From assembly GCA_965237955.1 (NCBI GenBank), contig OZ250169.1:7168001-7232000 (forward strand): a DNA stretch of 64,000 nt, given 5' to 3'. This document shows, piece by piece, positions 1 to 10,707 of this stretch. The notes beneath the pieces are model-generated. The model had not been told where the DNA came from, searched no databases, and was given only the letters and a program-made list of their open reading frames with translations. Every line of letters starts with the position of its first letter. The stretch's first letter is position 1. The stretch comes from Candidatus Marinacidobacterales bacterium (lineage in GTDB: Bacteria; Acidobacteriota; Vicinamibacteria; Marinacidobacterales; SMYC01). Made by a program: the position numbers and the translations under genes.

Positions 1-208
1 GGACTCCGAACAGGTCCAAGTGCCGCCAGTAGCGATTGTAGCGATCTTTGTTCTTGCGGACCTTTCGTCCGCAAATCCCGCACAGAGGCTTCCTCCTCCG
101 TGGTACTACATCCACCACCACTCTGGCTTTGTCCGCCTGGAAGTGGAAACCTCGGACCCACAGGCCTTGCAATCCGATGAGCTTGTTGACTAACGTAGTA
201 ACGCGCAT
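1..208 (-). CDS. ISL3 transposase N-terminus (partial, runs off the window)
   Basis: MRVTTLVNKLIGLQG...LCGICG, same as 59603-60823. Confidence 0.9.
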   Translation of the reverse strand, partial: MRVTTLVNKLIGLQGLWVRGFHFQADKARVVVDVVPRRRKPLCGICGRKVRKNKDRYNRYWRHLDLFGV

Positions 209-691
209 CGCGGGAACGCTCTTTTCTCTTTCGGAAAAAAAGATTCTAGCGTTCTCGCCGATGCGCATCTACACATGGCTTACCCTCTCAACCCACGGGC
301 CTCACCAAATGCCACTGCCCCTCAGCGGGAGACGAGGCTGTGGGAAACGCCCCCACGGTTCTGGTCGTTCAGACCTTGCTCACGACTGAGTTCTCTTCGA
401 AGCCTGGAAGGGCGTTTTCCATAGCCTCCACTAATCGAGCCCCCCCTTCCTTATTCCATATGAATTAATCTTTCTTGTATATATATCAGGAGGGGCCTGT
501 GGGCGCTCGTGGGAAACGCGAAGCGTTTTCCAAGCGATTGTGGAAAACGCCGCTCCGCGTTTGTACGTGCTCACAACCTTTCCCTAAACGCCTCTCTCGC
601 CCGGAGTTTCCGGCGTTTTCCACAATCGCGGCAGCGTCCATAGGCCATGCCCTCCAACACAAATCAGATCCCCCGAAACGACAGGAGAACC
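1..691 (-). mobile_element. ISL3-family IS, left part, cut by the window edge; near-identical to 59120-60838
   Basis: 1-691 is the reverse complement of 59120-59810 with a few SNPs; terminal IR ends ...ACAGGAGAACC at 691. Confidence 0.93.
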
Positions 692-969
692 GCTTTTTGT
701 TTCTCTGTTGGGAACGGCATGATTATCGTAATCGTCGATGGCGAGTTTATGAAGCTAACGCCTTCACTACGAAATGCCGCAACCGCTACGTTACTCGCCA
801 GGCTAGCAATTGCGTTCTTCTCACTCTCACTAGCGGTCCCCCAATCAAGCTCCTGCTTGCTCGTTTTGGAACAGCCTACGCTTGCCGCCAGTAGTGTGCA
901 AAACACCGCCACCACTCGGCGACGCCCGATTCGTCTTCGGCGTTCGTTTCGATTAGCCGTTTTCGGCAT
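692..969 (-). pseudogene. Putative lipoprotein interrupted by the ISL3
   Basis: Basic N-terminus, hydrophobic stretch and lipobox-like LAASVGC; the frame runs into the IS end at 691. Confidence 0.5.
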
Positions 970-2038
970 TCTTCTCTCTCTCTCTCTCTTCGCATCACAT
1001 CGTGTATCGGCCCGAATGAGCGTAGGATACACCTTCCGGGACCACCGCGAAAAAGGGTCGCGAAACCATTGTCCAGCGTCAACCGATATTCTCTGCCTCA
1101 CTAGACTAGGAATCGTGGTGCCTGCCATCGACTGTTGTCGTTACGCTGCCGCTTCATTTCGTCTCCCTCTGGATCAGAGGTGATTCGGTCCGCAGGTTCG
1201 TAGTTGACGTTACGGAGAAAGAACGTAATCGCTCGATACTTGAGTTGCCCGGAATAACCGTTCGTGGTGCGGACTATATCGATTCGTTGTGGAGCGGCAG
1301 CGCCCGGATGACGACGAATGGGAATCCGTAGGAAGTGTACCGATCCGGGTAATAGTCGACACTCAGCAGGTTTCGGAGGAAGAAACCTCGGCGGGTACCG
1401 CCGGCTCAAGCTCCAAGTAACTAGGTTGACCAAGAATAAAAGCGGCTCGATTCCGGAGAAGTGCGGCCCCGAACAGTCGAACGCGATCGCGCTGAAATGA
1501 AAGCGGCTCACACCCTCGCAATCAAAGCGATCTTTAGCCCACGAGTTGCATCCTGAGACATGAACGCCGGAGACTCTCCAGAGGACCGGCGATTGCGCTC
1601 GGAGAGTTGATACGAATCGTCGATATAACTAGTAAGTGAGCAGCAAAAGTATAGGTTATTCGGGTTCGAGTCGCTCGATATTGAGTATCGAGATCCCAGG
1701 CGAGACCGGCACTGCCGGATACGATGGTGTTGGGAGGGATGGATCACGCGGACGGCCGATATGAAGTGGGATCTCCGAGGGATATTGATATTGGGTGCGA
1801 AGGGCTGATCGGGTTCTTCTTTATCTGGGAGACCCCGCTCTCCGCCGCAGACGGACCGATCAGACGCCTCAGGACCAGCTTTCAAATAGTCAGTATCGTG
1901 AGGGCGACTAGGCGTACGAGAACGTCTAGATCCACCCTCTCGTTAGGGCCGCCAAACTCGCCAAGAGAGCTGACCCCAACGCGAAGGCACCGGCTGCCGC
2001 GAGTCGCTCTCGTCTCGTCCAACGATTCATCGTGCATC

Positions 2039-3646
2039 TCAATTCGACTCAGCGGGTTGGCGCGCGAAAGCGGCTCCGCGTACGACACGCCCCGCGCGTC
2101 TATCGGTGAGCTTCCCGTCGTCGACCATGAGCTCTCCGTTCACGAGCACGAAATCGAACCCCTCGCTGAACTCGTGCGGGTCTTCGAACGTGGCACGGTC
2201 CTGAACCCGTGCCGGATCGAAGACGACGAGGTCGGCGACGAATCCCTCCTGGACGAGGCCTCGGTAGCTCAAGCGAAATGTGCGCGCGGGAAGCGATGTC
2301 ATGCGCCGCACCGCGTCTTCGAGACTCAGGGTTTTCCGCTCGCGCACGAACTCGGCGAGGACGCGCGCGTTCGTTCCGTAGGAGCGCGGGTGCGGTCTGC
2401 CGACACCTTGCTGCTGCACGCCGCCGTCGCTGGCCACGGCGGTGTTGGGGTAGCGATAGATCGTCTCGACGTCATCGACGCTCATGTAGTGGTATACGAG
2501 AGACGCGCCGCCGTCGGCCATGAGCTCGAGGATCGTTTCCATCTCCGCCTCGACCGTGGGCTCGCGTCCTCGCTCGAGATTGACCTCGCTCAGGGTCTTG
2601 CCTTCGAGCGATGGATCGGGTGTGAATCGCGCAATCGTGGCGAAAGAAAAATCCTCGAAACCCAAATAGTCGAGCTTGTCGCGCATCTCGTCGAGGATGC
2701 GCGCACGTGTCTCCGGGTCGCGTAGTCGCTCACGAATCGCCTCGTCACCATCGGCGAGCGCCCAGCTGGGAAGGTTCACGGAGAGTCCCGTGCTCGCGCG
2801 CTCATAGGGGTAAGCGTCAATGACGACGTCGACGCCCTCTCGCCGGTACTGTTCGACGAGCTCGAGCGCACGGCCGATGGTGCCCCAGCGCTGCTTGCCT
2901 TTGATCTTGAAGTGCGAGATTTGAACCGGCATGCCCGCTTCGCGCCCGATGGTAGCCGCCTCTTCGATCGACGCGTGCAGATCGTCAGCCTGCTCGCGGA
3001 TGTGGCTCGCATAGACGCCGCCGTGGCGGGCGGCTGCGCGCGCGAGCTCGATCACTTCCTCGGTGTTGGCATAAGTACCAGGGATGTAGAGAAGTCCTGT
3101 GGACAAACCGATGGCGCCTTCCTTCATGGCGACGTCGACGAGGGACTGCATGTGCTCGAGCTCTTCGGCCCGCGCCTGGCGATTCGCCGTGCCCATGACC
3201 TCGCGGCGTATCGAGTTGTGTCCAATAAAGGTGGCCACGTTCAGCCCGAGGCCGAGCTCGTCGAGCTTCTGGAACCACGCGCCCACCTGGATCTCGGAGC
3301 TTCCGCAGTTGCCGGTAATGATGGTCGTAACCCCGTCGAGGAGGAAATTGTCTCCCCGCGGCGTCGCCTCGAGCCCCCCACGCCCGCTACGGGGCTCGAC
3401 ATGGGTGTGCACGTCGATGAAGCCAGGGGCGACGATGCGGTCTTGAACATCGATGATGCGCTCGGCGGTTGCTTCCTCGCCCGCGCCGACGAGCACGATT
3501 GTGCCGTCTCGGATGCCGACATCAGCGCGAAACCACGGATTGCCGGTGCCGTCGACGACGCGAGCGTTCACAAACAGGATGTCGTAGTCGGCGGCTTGGA
3601 TCGCCGGCGCCACGAGCGCGAACAAAGGCGTCAACAACAAGCGCAT
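2039..3646 (-). CDS. N-acyl-D-amino-acid deacylase (amidohydrolase), signal peptide
   Basis: VVDGTG, APGFIDVHTH, GNCG, HPRSYGT motifs; ATG at 3646. Confidence 0.9.
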   Translation of the reverse strand: MRLLLTPLFALVAPAIQAADYDILFVNARVVDGTGNPWFRADVGIRDGTIVLVGAGEEATAERIIDVQDRIVAPGFIDVHTHVEPRSGRGGLEATPRGDNFLLDGVTTIITGNCGSSEIQVGAWFQKLDELGLGLNVATFIGHNSIRREVMGTANRQARAEELEHMQSLVDVAMKEGAIGLSTGLLYIPGTYANTEEVIELARAAARHGGVYASHIREQADDLHASIEEAATIGREAGMPVQISHFKIKGKQRWGTIGRALELVEQYRREGVDVVIDAYPYERASTGLSVNLPSWALADGDEAIRERLRDPETRARILDEMRDKLDYLGFEDFSFATIARFTPDPSLEGKTLSEVNLERGREPTVEAEMETILELMADGGASLVYHYMSVDDVETIYRYPNTAVASDGGVQQQGVGRPHPRSYGTNARVLAEFVRERKTLSLEDAVRRMTSLPARTFRLSYRGLVQEGFVADLVVFDPARVQDRATFEDPHEFSEGFDFVLVNGELMVDDGKLTDRRAGRVVRGAAFARQPAESN

Positions 3647-3713
3647 CGCGGTAGCTCCTCTCAGGCTCCCTATTCTAACAGCCGGTGAAACGGTCGGGGA
3701 CGAGGATGGAGGT

Positions 3714-3886
3714 CTATGCGGACTGATAGTCCGCGAGCAGGGGCTCGGTCCCGTTGTCGTGCTCGAGGAGGCGGAGCGCGGCTTCGAGCACGGCGTGCTA
3801 TCGCTTGGCCTTACCAGGGACGTCGAGCGGATGCCCATGTCGAAACGGGACGTAAAGAGGAGGCGTGGGCGAGCTCGGGCAGCATC
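3714..3886 (-). pseudogene. Decayed fragment resembling the C-terminus of a PrdB/GrdB-like reductase subunit
   Basis: MLPELAH, frameshift, PPLYVPFRHGHPLDVPG..*HAVLEAALRLLE; internal TAG at 3798-3800. Confidence 0.45.
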
Positions 3887-4082
3887 AGTGCGCTCCTTGC
3901 CTGTTGGCGAAGACAGGGCAGTCTGCGACCGGCTGAGTAGGATATTTTGGTCGCGTGGGCTCCTCACACTTCAGAAACTGCGTGCCCCGTGTGCTCCCGA
4001 TGATGCGAAGGTGAACGCACCGGTGACACTGGCTGTCGGGGAACGGCCGCCGGCTGGTCGGTTGGTTAGTCACGGGAGGCAA
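3885..4082 (-). CDS. Small Cys-rich hypothetical protein
   Basis: CxxC..RG..FLKC..PKYPxxPVxxC pattern. Confidence 0.65.
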   Translation of the reverse strand: MPPVTNQPTSRRPFPDSQCHRCVHLRIIGSTRGTQFLKCEEPTRPKYPTQPVADCPVFANRQGAH

Positions 4083-4498
4083 CAGCCTGTTCCCGGGGTG
4101 TGAAACCGGTTTCGTCTTGGGATGGAAGCCACGGTTAGGACTTACCCGCGGTTTCGGAGCCCGTCCTCGGGATCGTCTTCTCTGTCGCCGGTGCGCGGGC
4201 GTCTGAGAGCGGCCTTGCAGTGCTGGCGTCGGCGGTAGCTCTCGCCTTACTGATCGTCACCGACGGGTGAAGCAGGGCCGGCGAGGATGCCGCGATCACG
4301 ACCCGGCTGGAAGGATGTCTCTCAAGGCGCTCAGCCCCTGTTCGACGTCGCCGGCGAAGCCGACACTCATGATCCACGTGTGGGTGGGTTCCTTGTTCAA
4401 CTAGGTGCCGACCCCCTGCGTTCGGAGGTATGACAACGGATGTTTTTCGATAGTCTCTTATTCACATTGGAGCCCAACGTCTTGTCCGTCCCGAGGTC

Positions 4499-5278
4499 TT
4501 ACGTCTTGTCCTTCTTGTCTTTGATTTCCTCGAGCATTTTCGAGGCTTCCGCTTTGTGGGCTGGATCTTCCCACCACACTTGCGGTAATTCGATGCACGT
4601 TATGAGCTGTTCCCTAGCCTCTGAGTATCGCCCCAGTTCCTTCAGCGTTCGAGCATATTCCAGATGATGACCCGGCTTGGTTCCATCGATTTCTATAGCC
4701 TTCGCAAACATCTCCGCCGACTCCTCCACCGACGCACCCGGCGGCACTCCGCCATAGATTAGTTTGGCAAACGCCTTGAGCACCCAGCTGAGTGTCGCAA
4801 TGCTGTAATGCCAGCGACCGAGAATATGATAGGCGTTGTCGTCGTTGGGATCGATCTCGATCGCGCGTTCGGCCTCCTTTCTGACCTCTTTGGAAAGTCG
4901 AATTTGCGTCTTCCCTCCCTCGAACAGTGCGAGCTGGCCTAGGCACCGGGCGAGGACGAAATGCGCTTCTGCTGCGTCTGGATACAGCTCGACCACCTTG
5001 CGGGCGAGACCGTCACCCTGCACGTACAGCTCTTTCGCTTTCCTCCTGTCAACTTTCTCCAAGCTCTTGCCAACATCTGCGTACGCGCGCGCTCCCTTCC
5101 ACAGCGCCTCGTAGCTGCTCGAGTCTCCTTCGAGCGCCTTGAGGTAGTGCATTAACGCCTCCTCGTTATCGGAGCGAGCATACGCTTTGTCTCCGAGAGC
5201 AATCTCCTCGGAAGGTTGGGCGTCCAGAGTCTGCCCGCAGGCGAGAAGCATGACCAAACCCAGTAACCAAATCACCAC
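4499..5278 (-). CDS. Secreted tetratricopeptide-repeat protein
   Basis: GGAGG RBS before GTG 5278, signal peptide, TPR-like helices. Confidence 0.8.
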   Translation of the reverse strand: MVIWLLGLVMLLACGQTLDAQPSEEIALGDKAYARSDNEEALMHYLKALEGDSSSYEALWKGARAYADVGKSLEKVDRRKAKELYVQGDGLARKVVELYPDAAEAHFVLARCLGQLALFEGGKTQIRLSKEVRKEAERAIEIDPNDDNAYHILGRWHYSIATLSWVLKAFAKLIYGGVPPGASVEESAEMFAKAIEIDGTKPGHHLEYARTLKELGRYSEAREQLITCIELPQVWWEDPAHKAEASKMLEEIKDKKDKT

Positions 5279-5559
5279 GCACCTCCCTTCTCCGTCTGGT
5301 CGAAGCCGGCGGCGTCTATGGTAGATGAACGTTCTATCCCCGACAAATTGCCCGTTCGATCGCGAGCTCATTTTCGCGCGTCGCTCCAGAAACAAACCTC
5401 GCGGTTCGAAGCGAAGGGACGGGGGCTTCAGGTACCGACAAACAACTTCGGTTGCCCTTTCGCCATCGCGGTCACAGCAAGCAGCGGTGTGACCATGTTT
5501 TGAGCCGACCGTTCCCGTAGCGTCCGAGCTTGGAGTTGCCGCCGAGGTTTGTCGTGTAG

Positions 5560-5690
5560 TCTTCTCGAGGGCAGACCACTCGGTGTCGCCGGCACCCGCG
5601 AGGGCTGAAATATCTCGCTCTTGTCGATGACCGTCGATCTCGACAAGACCACGGAGCGCTCGATGATGTTCTCGAGCTCGCGTAGAGAAC
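5560..5690 (-). pseudogene. Fragment of a sigma54-dependent activator (AAA+ lid)
   Basis: LRELENIIERSVVL matches the NtrC-family RELENxIERxxxL motif; no rest of gene. Confidence 0.55.
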
Positions 5691-5887
5691 GGAACTGTCA
5701 AGGGAACTCGGAACTAGTTCACCTAAGGGCCCCACGTCCCTTCCCGCAGAGACGGCGACTCATTTGCGCCTCCTCAGAGCGCCAACGAGGCGTTTGCGCC
5801 AGAATTCGGGGGCGGATAGCATCGCCCTACGCGTCACGTGCTATCTCTTCCGTGTATCATGAGGATCTCTCCAAGGGAGTCAGCCTC

Positions 5888-6934
5888 ATGAGGCTGGGTG
5901 CTATTCCTGAGAACATCCTCGAGAGGATCCTGATGCAGCTCGGTCTGCTGCCGGCTCCCCTTCTGGACACGCAAGTGGCGTACACATTGGCGCGCACCAT
6001 CATGTTGGGCGTCCATGCGGACGTCTTCGAAGCGCTCGCCTTGGAGGCTCTCACCGCAGAGGAAGTCTCGAAGCGGTGCGAGACGCATCCCGCCGCGACG
6101 AAGAAACTATTGAATGCTCTCGTGGGCGCGAGGTACCTTCGGAGCAACGGCGAAACGTACACTTTGACGACGGTTGCTCGGAAATGGCTCGTTCGGTCGA
6201 GCCCGCAGTCGCTCCGTGACAAGCTACTCATGCAGTTCCGGGAATGGGACTTCGTCGCATACTATGAGGAATTCCTAAGGACGGGAAAGCCGCTCAATAT
6301 CCATCAGTCACTTTCGGAGAAGGATTGGGAGGTTTACCAGCGTGGTATGCGGTCTCTGGCGGGAGTCTCGGCTCCCGAAGTTGCACGGCGGACCCCCGTG
6401 CCCCATGGCGCGCGGGACATGCTCGACATCGGAGGCTCACACGGCTACTACTCGGTGGCACTCTGTCGCCGCCACGCGGCTCTTCGTGCGGTCATTCTCG
6501 ATCTTCCCGAGGCTGTGACGCATGCTGAAAGAATCCTGGATAGAGAAGGAATGGGTGACCGGGTGATTCATCGCGCCGGCAACGCGGTGACGGAAGACCT
6601 CGGCAGCGAAGCCTGGGACGTGGTCTTTGTCGCCCAACTGTTGCATCACTTCGATGAACCGACGAACCGCGATCTGGCGCACCGCGTCGCTCGAGCTCTC
6701 CGTCCCGGCGGGGTTTTCGTGGTTCAAGAAATGATCCGACCTAGTTCCCCGCAGAGGGCCGGGCAAATCGGTGCCCTCCTCGATCTGTACTTCGCTGCCA
6801 CGAGCGAGGCCGGGACGTGGGCGGTCGAGGAGATCGTCACCTGGCAACGAGACGCCGGCCTAGTGCCCCGAAGGCCCACCTGGCTGCGCTCCTTGCCAGG
6901 AAGCGCTCAGCAGGTTGGTGTGAAACCCCGCTGA
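5888..6934 (+). CDS. SAM-dependent O-methyltransferase with dimerisation domain
   Basis: LDIGGSHG, LDLP, LLHHF, ALRPGG motifs. Confidence 0.88.
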   Translation: MRLGAIPENILERILMQLGLLPAPLLDTQVAYTLARTIMLGVHADVFEALALEALTAEEVSKRCETHPAATKKLLNALVGARYLRSNGETYTLTTVARKWLVRSSPQSLRDKLLMQFREWDFVAYYEEFLRTGKPLNIHQSLSEKDWEVYQRGMRSLAGVSAPEVARRTPVPHGARDMLDIGGSHGYYSVALCRRHAALRAVILDLPEAVTHAERILDREGMGDRVIHRAGNAVTEDLGSEAWDVVFVAQLLHHFDEPTNRDLAHRVARALRPGGVFVVQEMIRPSSPQRAGQIGALLDLYFAATSEAGTWAVEEIVTWQRDAGLVPRRPTWLRSLPGSAQQVGVKPR

Positions 6935-7186
6935 CCCAGTGCTCGGCCGATCACTGCCGCTTACCGCCCCGCCCGGCGAAGCGGCCCAGAACTTCAAGGG
7001 TCATTCGACCCGGCCAACGTTGTCTAGTCGCATGTTTCAGAGGGCTATTCGTAACCTTATTAATGAGGAATCTAGCGGCCTGGGAGGAGGGGGTCCAACG
7101 GTAGGGAGGCTCCGCCGAGACGCCTCCTGGATGCAGAGAGCAGAATTTCGTGCCCCGGTCGGTCAATACCCGAGGGGGGTCGGGCG

Positions 7187-7490
7187 ACGTTCCAGCGACC
7201 AGGTAGATTCACCTGAAACCGAATCGCCGGTGGGATGAGACCGGAAACCCGACAATGCTCGGGGACGCCGACGGCAGCGGCGACAATCTCGGCCGTGACG
7301 ATGGTGTATTTCCACTGGGTGCGTGATCGGAGGGACTCGCACGTGCGCCGGGCGACGACGTCGGTACGCGTGTAGTGAACGCCGGACTCGTCGGCATCCA
7401 GAAAACTGTAGCCGTTTTGCGCGGTCCCCGCGCACGGCGTGAGCACGAAGACGGCTACCGAGAGCTAGTGGAGTTTTCGATTCTTACTCA
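7187..7490 (-). pseudogene. Tannase/feruloyl esterase N-terminal fragment
   Basis: CESL..PEHCRVSG..IRFQVNLPGRWN then similarity stops; stop in the signal-peptide region. Confidence 0.65.
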
Positions 7491-7583
7491 CTTCACCACC
7501 AAAGGACACGGTCATTGTAGCACCGCACTCGTGGTTGGGCTGGCCGTCCGCCCGCGGGCCCGAGCGGAGACGAAGGGTGGGAG

Positions 7584-9077
7584 TCAAACGAGCGAGTAGC
7601 CTGCCTCGGTACGGTGGATGCGACCCTCTTCTTCGAGCTTGATCAGCCCGGAGAGGAGCGAGCGTTCCGCGAGCGCGTGCATCTGGGATGGAACGTCGTT
7701 ATAGATCGCCTCCACGAGGGCGCCTGCGCTCTGTGGCTCCTTCGACAAGGCGGCGACGAGCTGGCGTTCACGCTCCGCTCGATGCTCGAGGGTCTTCCGG
7801 ATCACCTTCTTGCCGTCCGGCACCGGTGGCCCGTGGCCCGGGTAGAGCGTGCCCTCGGTGACCGATTCCAGGAGCTCGAGCGACTCTAAGTAAGTCGCGA
7901 GATGCCCATCTCTCGGATCGATGAGAATGGACGAAATCGTCGATACGAGATCGCCGACGATGATGGCACCGTAGCGGGAGTCTTGAAATGCCAAATGCCC
8001 GCGGGCGTGTCCGGGCACGCGGTACGCCTCGAGCTTCCAACCAGCGCTGGTATCCGGAGCACGACCGAGCTCGATCGTATCCCCGTGCTCGAGCGCCCTC
8101 CCGAACCGCCCACCGGGAAGCTCGGTGATGCAGTCCGCGTGCGCGTACGCGGGGACGTCGTAGCGTCGCTGCATTTCAGCGAGCGCGCCGACGTGGTCGG
8201 GGTGGTAGTGCGTCAGCAAAATGCCCTCGAGTGTCCGCCCCTCGGCTCGCAAGTCATCGAGCAGGTCCCACAAGCGCGCCTGCTCTCGTTCATCGACGGG
8301 AGACGGATCGACCAGATACAACCTCTCCTCTCCGACGATACACGTGTTCGTATGCGTTGCTGGCGGCAGCGTCGGCGTTTGGAGCGGTACCAGAAGGATC
8401 CCGGGCGAGAAGTAGATACGGTGAAGTTTGCCCGCTTCGTAGGATTCGGTCATCGCGCGGATGCGCTCACCGAGCGCGTCCTGCCCCTTCGCCCACTCTT
8501 CGAGAAGTACTACCATCGGCGGTGCGATCAGGAGCTTGCCGTTTTTCCAACGCGCGAGGGTCTTCTCCGGCTCGACGAAGTCGCCGTCCACGAGCTCGCC
8601 GTCCCAGATCTCGACTTCGGTGTCGTCAGGCACGAGTCCGCGAAGAAACCACGTGTCAAAGCGGACGGGGGCGAACGGCGGCGTGGTGATGCGGCAAAGG
8701 GGGGCGAGATCGCAGCTGTCGAGATGCTGTCCGTTTCTCTCGAGGAGCGCGCTGAAAGCAACGTCTTCCGCGAGAAGCCGTCGGCGATCCTCACGAAGCT
8801 TGGAGGTTTCCGGAGTGTCCCCTCCCTTGCCGAGCCAAATGCCCGTTTCCTCGAAAAGCTCCCGTGCGCCCGCCACCACGAAACGGCTCATGGCTTCGGT
8901 TTTGGCTTTATCAGTGAGCCCACGAACCGCGATCGACTCGTCGTCCGCGTCGAGCGTCCCGCCGGGAAACGCGAGAAAGCCCCCGAAGGAGCGCAGCTTC
9001 TTGCTGCGCTCGACGAGAAGAAGCTCCTCGGGACGGCTACGGCGCGAAAGCGCGAGGCTAACGGCAAGTCGCTTCAT
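7584..9077 (-). CDS. NUDIX plus metallo-beta-lactamase-fold fusion hydrolase
   Basis: FPGG..ARELFEETG Nudix box; THYHPDH, PGH, GD, PGHG MBL motifs. Confidence 0.88.
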   Translation of the reverse strand: MKRLAVSLALSRRSRPEELLLVERSKKLRSFGGFLAFPGGTLDADDESIAVRGLTDKAKTEAMSRFVVAGARELFEETGIWLGKGGDTPETSKLREDRRRLLAEDVAFSALLERNGQHLDSCDLAPLCRITTPPFAPVRFDTWFLRGLVPDDTEVEIWDGELVDGDFVEPEKTLARWKNGKLLIAPPMVVLLEEWAKGQDALGERIRAMTESYEAGKLHRIYFSPGILLVPLQTPTLPPATHTNTCIVGEERLYLVDPSPVDEREQARLWDLLDDLRAEGRTLEGILLTHYHPDHVGALAEMQRRYDVPAYAHADCITELPGGRFGRALEHGDTIELGRAPDTSAGWKLEAYRVPGHARGHLAFQDSRYGAIIVGDLVSTISSILIDPRDGHLATYLESLELLESVTEGTLYPGHGPPVPDGKKVIRKTLEHRAERERQLVAALSKEPQSAGALVEAIYNDVPSQMHALAERSLLSGLIKLEEEGRIHRTEAGYSLV

Positions 9078-9149
9078 GACGCGATTATAGCCGTCTGCCG
9101 GGTTTTAAAAGCGGCGCTATAATGCACCGACTTCAGAAAGGATTCATGG

Positions 9150-10703
9150 ATGATCACGTTGAAGAGCTATGCTGCGGGGGAGTGGAAAGATGGCACCGGG
9201 AGGCCGCGGGTTCTCCGGCACGCCGTCACCGCGGAGGAGATCGCCCAGCTCGGGAGCGAAGGCGTGGACTTTGTCGCTATGCTCGCGTACGGTCGCGACA
9301 AGGGCGGCCCGGCGCTCCGGCAGATGACGTTCCCAGAGCGCGCGTCCATTCTCAAGAAGATGTCAGGGGTGCTCAACGAGCACCGTGACGAGCTCAACCA
9401 GATCGCCGCCAGCTACGGCGCCACCGCCAAAGACGCGGCTCTCGACGTGGACGGTGGTATCGGGACCCTCGCGTTCTACGCGAGCCTGGGCGCGAAGAAA
9501 CTTCCCGACTCGACGTTTCTCGTGGATGGCGATGCCGCACGTCTGTCGAAAGACGGCAACTTCGTGGGCCGCCACATCTACGTTCCTCTCGAGGGCGTCG
9601 CCGTGCAGATCAACGCCTACAACTTTCCGTCCTGGGGCATGCTCGAAAAACTCGCGCCGGCGGTTCTCGCCGGGATGCCGAGCATCGTCAAGCCTGCAAG
9701 TCCTTCGGCGTGGCTCGCGTTCCGTATCGTCGAGCTTCTCATCGAATCCAAAGTCGCTCCCGAGGGCACTCTCCAACTCATCTGCGGGTCGGTCGGTGAT
9801 TTGTTCGACCACATGACGTGCCAGGACCTGGTGTCGTTCACCGGCTCGGCGTCTATTGGTAAGAAAATTCGCTCGCACACAAACATCGTCGCGAGTGCGA
9901 TTCGCGTCAACATCGAGGCCGACTCGCTCAACTGCATCGTTCTCGGACCCGACGTCGAGCCCGGCTCGGACACTTTCGAGTTCTTCAGAAAAGAAGTGCT
10001 GCGCGAAATGACGGTGAAAGCCGGGCAAAAATGTACCGCGATCCGTCGCGTTCTCGTACCAGCAAAACGCGCGGACGCCGTGGTCGATGCTCTGAAGGAA
10101 GGCCTCGCCAAGATCCAGATAGGCGACCCCTCGGCGGAAGGCGTTCGCATGGGCCCACTCGTCGATGAAGACGCGGTGCGCGCTGCGCGCGAGGGCATCG
10201 CGACCCTTTCAGGCGAAGCCGAGATCGTTTACGGCGATCCGAGCCGCAGTGATTTCGAGCCGAAGGGTGGAGCTTTCATGGAGCCCGTGCTGCTTCTGTG
10301 CCGCGAGGGCGCGCATGCGAAAGCGATCCATGAAGTCGAAGTCTTCGGACCGGCGGCCACCGTCGTCGGCTACGAAGGCGTCGACGAAGCAATAGACATC
10401 GCACGCAAAGGCGGTGGCAGCCTCGTCGGTTCGATCTTCACCGAAGATGAAGACTTCGCCGCCAAGACGACGTTCGAGCTCGCGCCGTATCACGGGCGGC
10501 TCATGGTCATGAACGCGAAGTCCGCGCCCGAGTCGACGGGGCACGGCGTGGTGATGCCGCACCTCGTACACGGTGGTCCCGGACGCGCCGGTGGCGGCGA
10601 AGAGCTCGGCGGCGTGCGGAGCCTCTACCACTACATGCAGCGAATCGCGCTCCAGGGCGATCCCGAGCGGCTCGAAAAGATGCTGGCGCCCGCATTGCGT
10701 TAG
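9150..10703 (+). CDS. Aldehyde dehydrogenase, PaaZ-ALDH/BoxD type, no MaoC domain
   Basis: INAYNFP, FTGS, EADSLN, KAGQKCTAIRR, HGGPGRAGGGEELGG. Confidence 0.85.
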   Translation: MITLKSYAAGEWKDGTGRPRVLRHAVTAEEIAQLGSEGVDFVAMLAYGRDKGGPALRQMTFPERASILKKMSGVLNEHRDELNQIAASYGATAKDAALDVDGGIGTLAFYASLGAKKLPDSTFLVDGDAARLSKDGNFVGRHIYVPLEGVAVQINAYNFPSWGMLEKLAPAVLAGMPSIVKPASPSAWLAFRIVELLIESKVAPEGTLQLICGSVGDLFDHMTCQDLVSFTGSASIGKKIRSHTNIVASAIRVNIEADSLNCIVLGPDVEPGSDTFEFFRKEVLREMTVKAGQKCTAIRRVLVPAKRADAVVDALKEGLAKIQIGDPSAEGVRMGPLVDEDAVRAAREGIATLSGEAEIVYGDPSRSDFEPKGGAFMEPVLLLCREGAHAKAIHEVEVFGPAATVVGYEGVDEAIDIARKGGGSLVGSIFTEDEDFAAKTTFELAPYHGRLMVMNAKSAPESTGHGVVMPHLVHGGPGRAGGGEELGGVRSLYHYMQRIALQGDPERLEKMLAPALR

Positions 10704-10707
10704 ACCC

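Noticed and set aside
48-894. Plus-strand ORFs 48-389 and 475-894 (and mirrored ORFs near 59 kb) as IS passenger genes
   Set aside because: They overlap the transposase antisense or the palindromic leader and show no protein motifs.
4132-4162. Fourth copy of the 42-bp repeat (GGTTAGGACTT)
   Set aside because: Only 11 nt match before the alignment fails.
7584-9077. NUDIX-MBL fusion as a novel defence gene
   Set aside because: A known fusion architecture in a housekeeping context.
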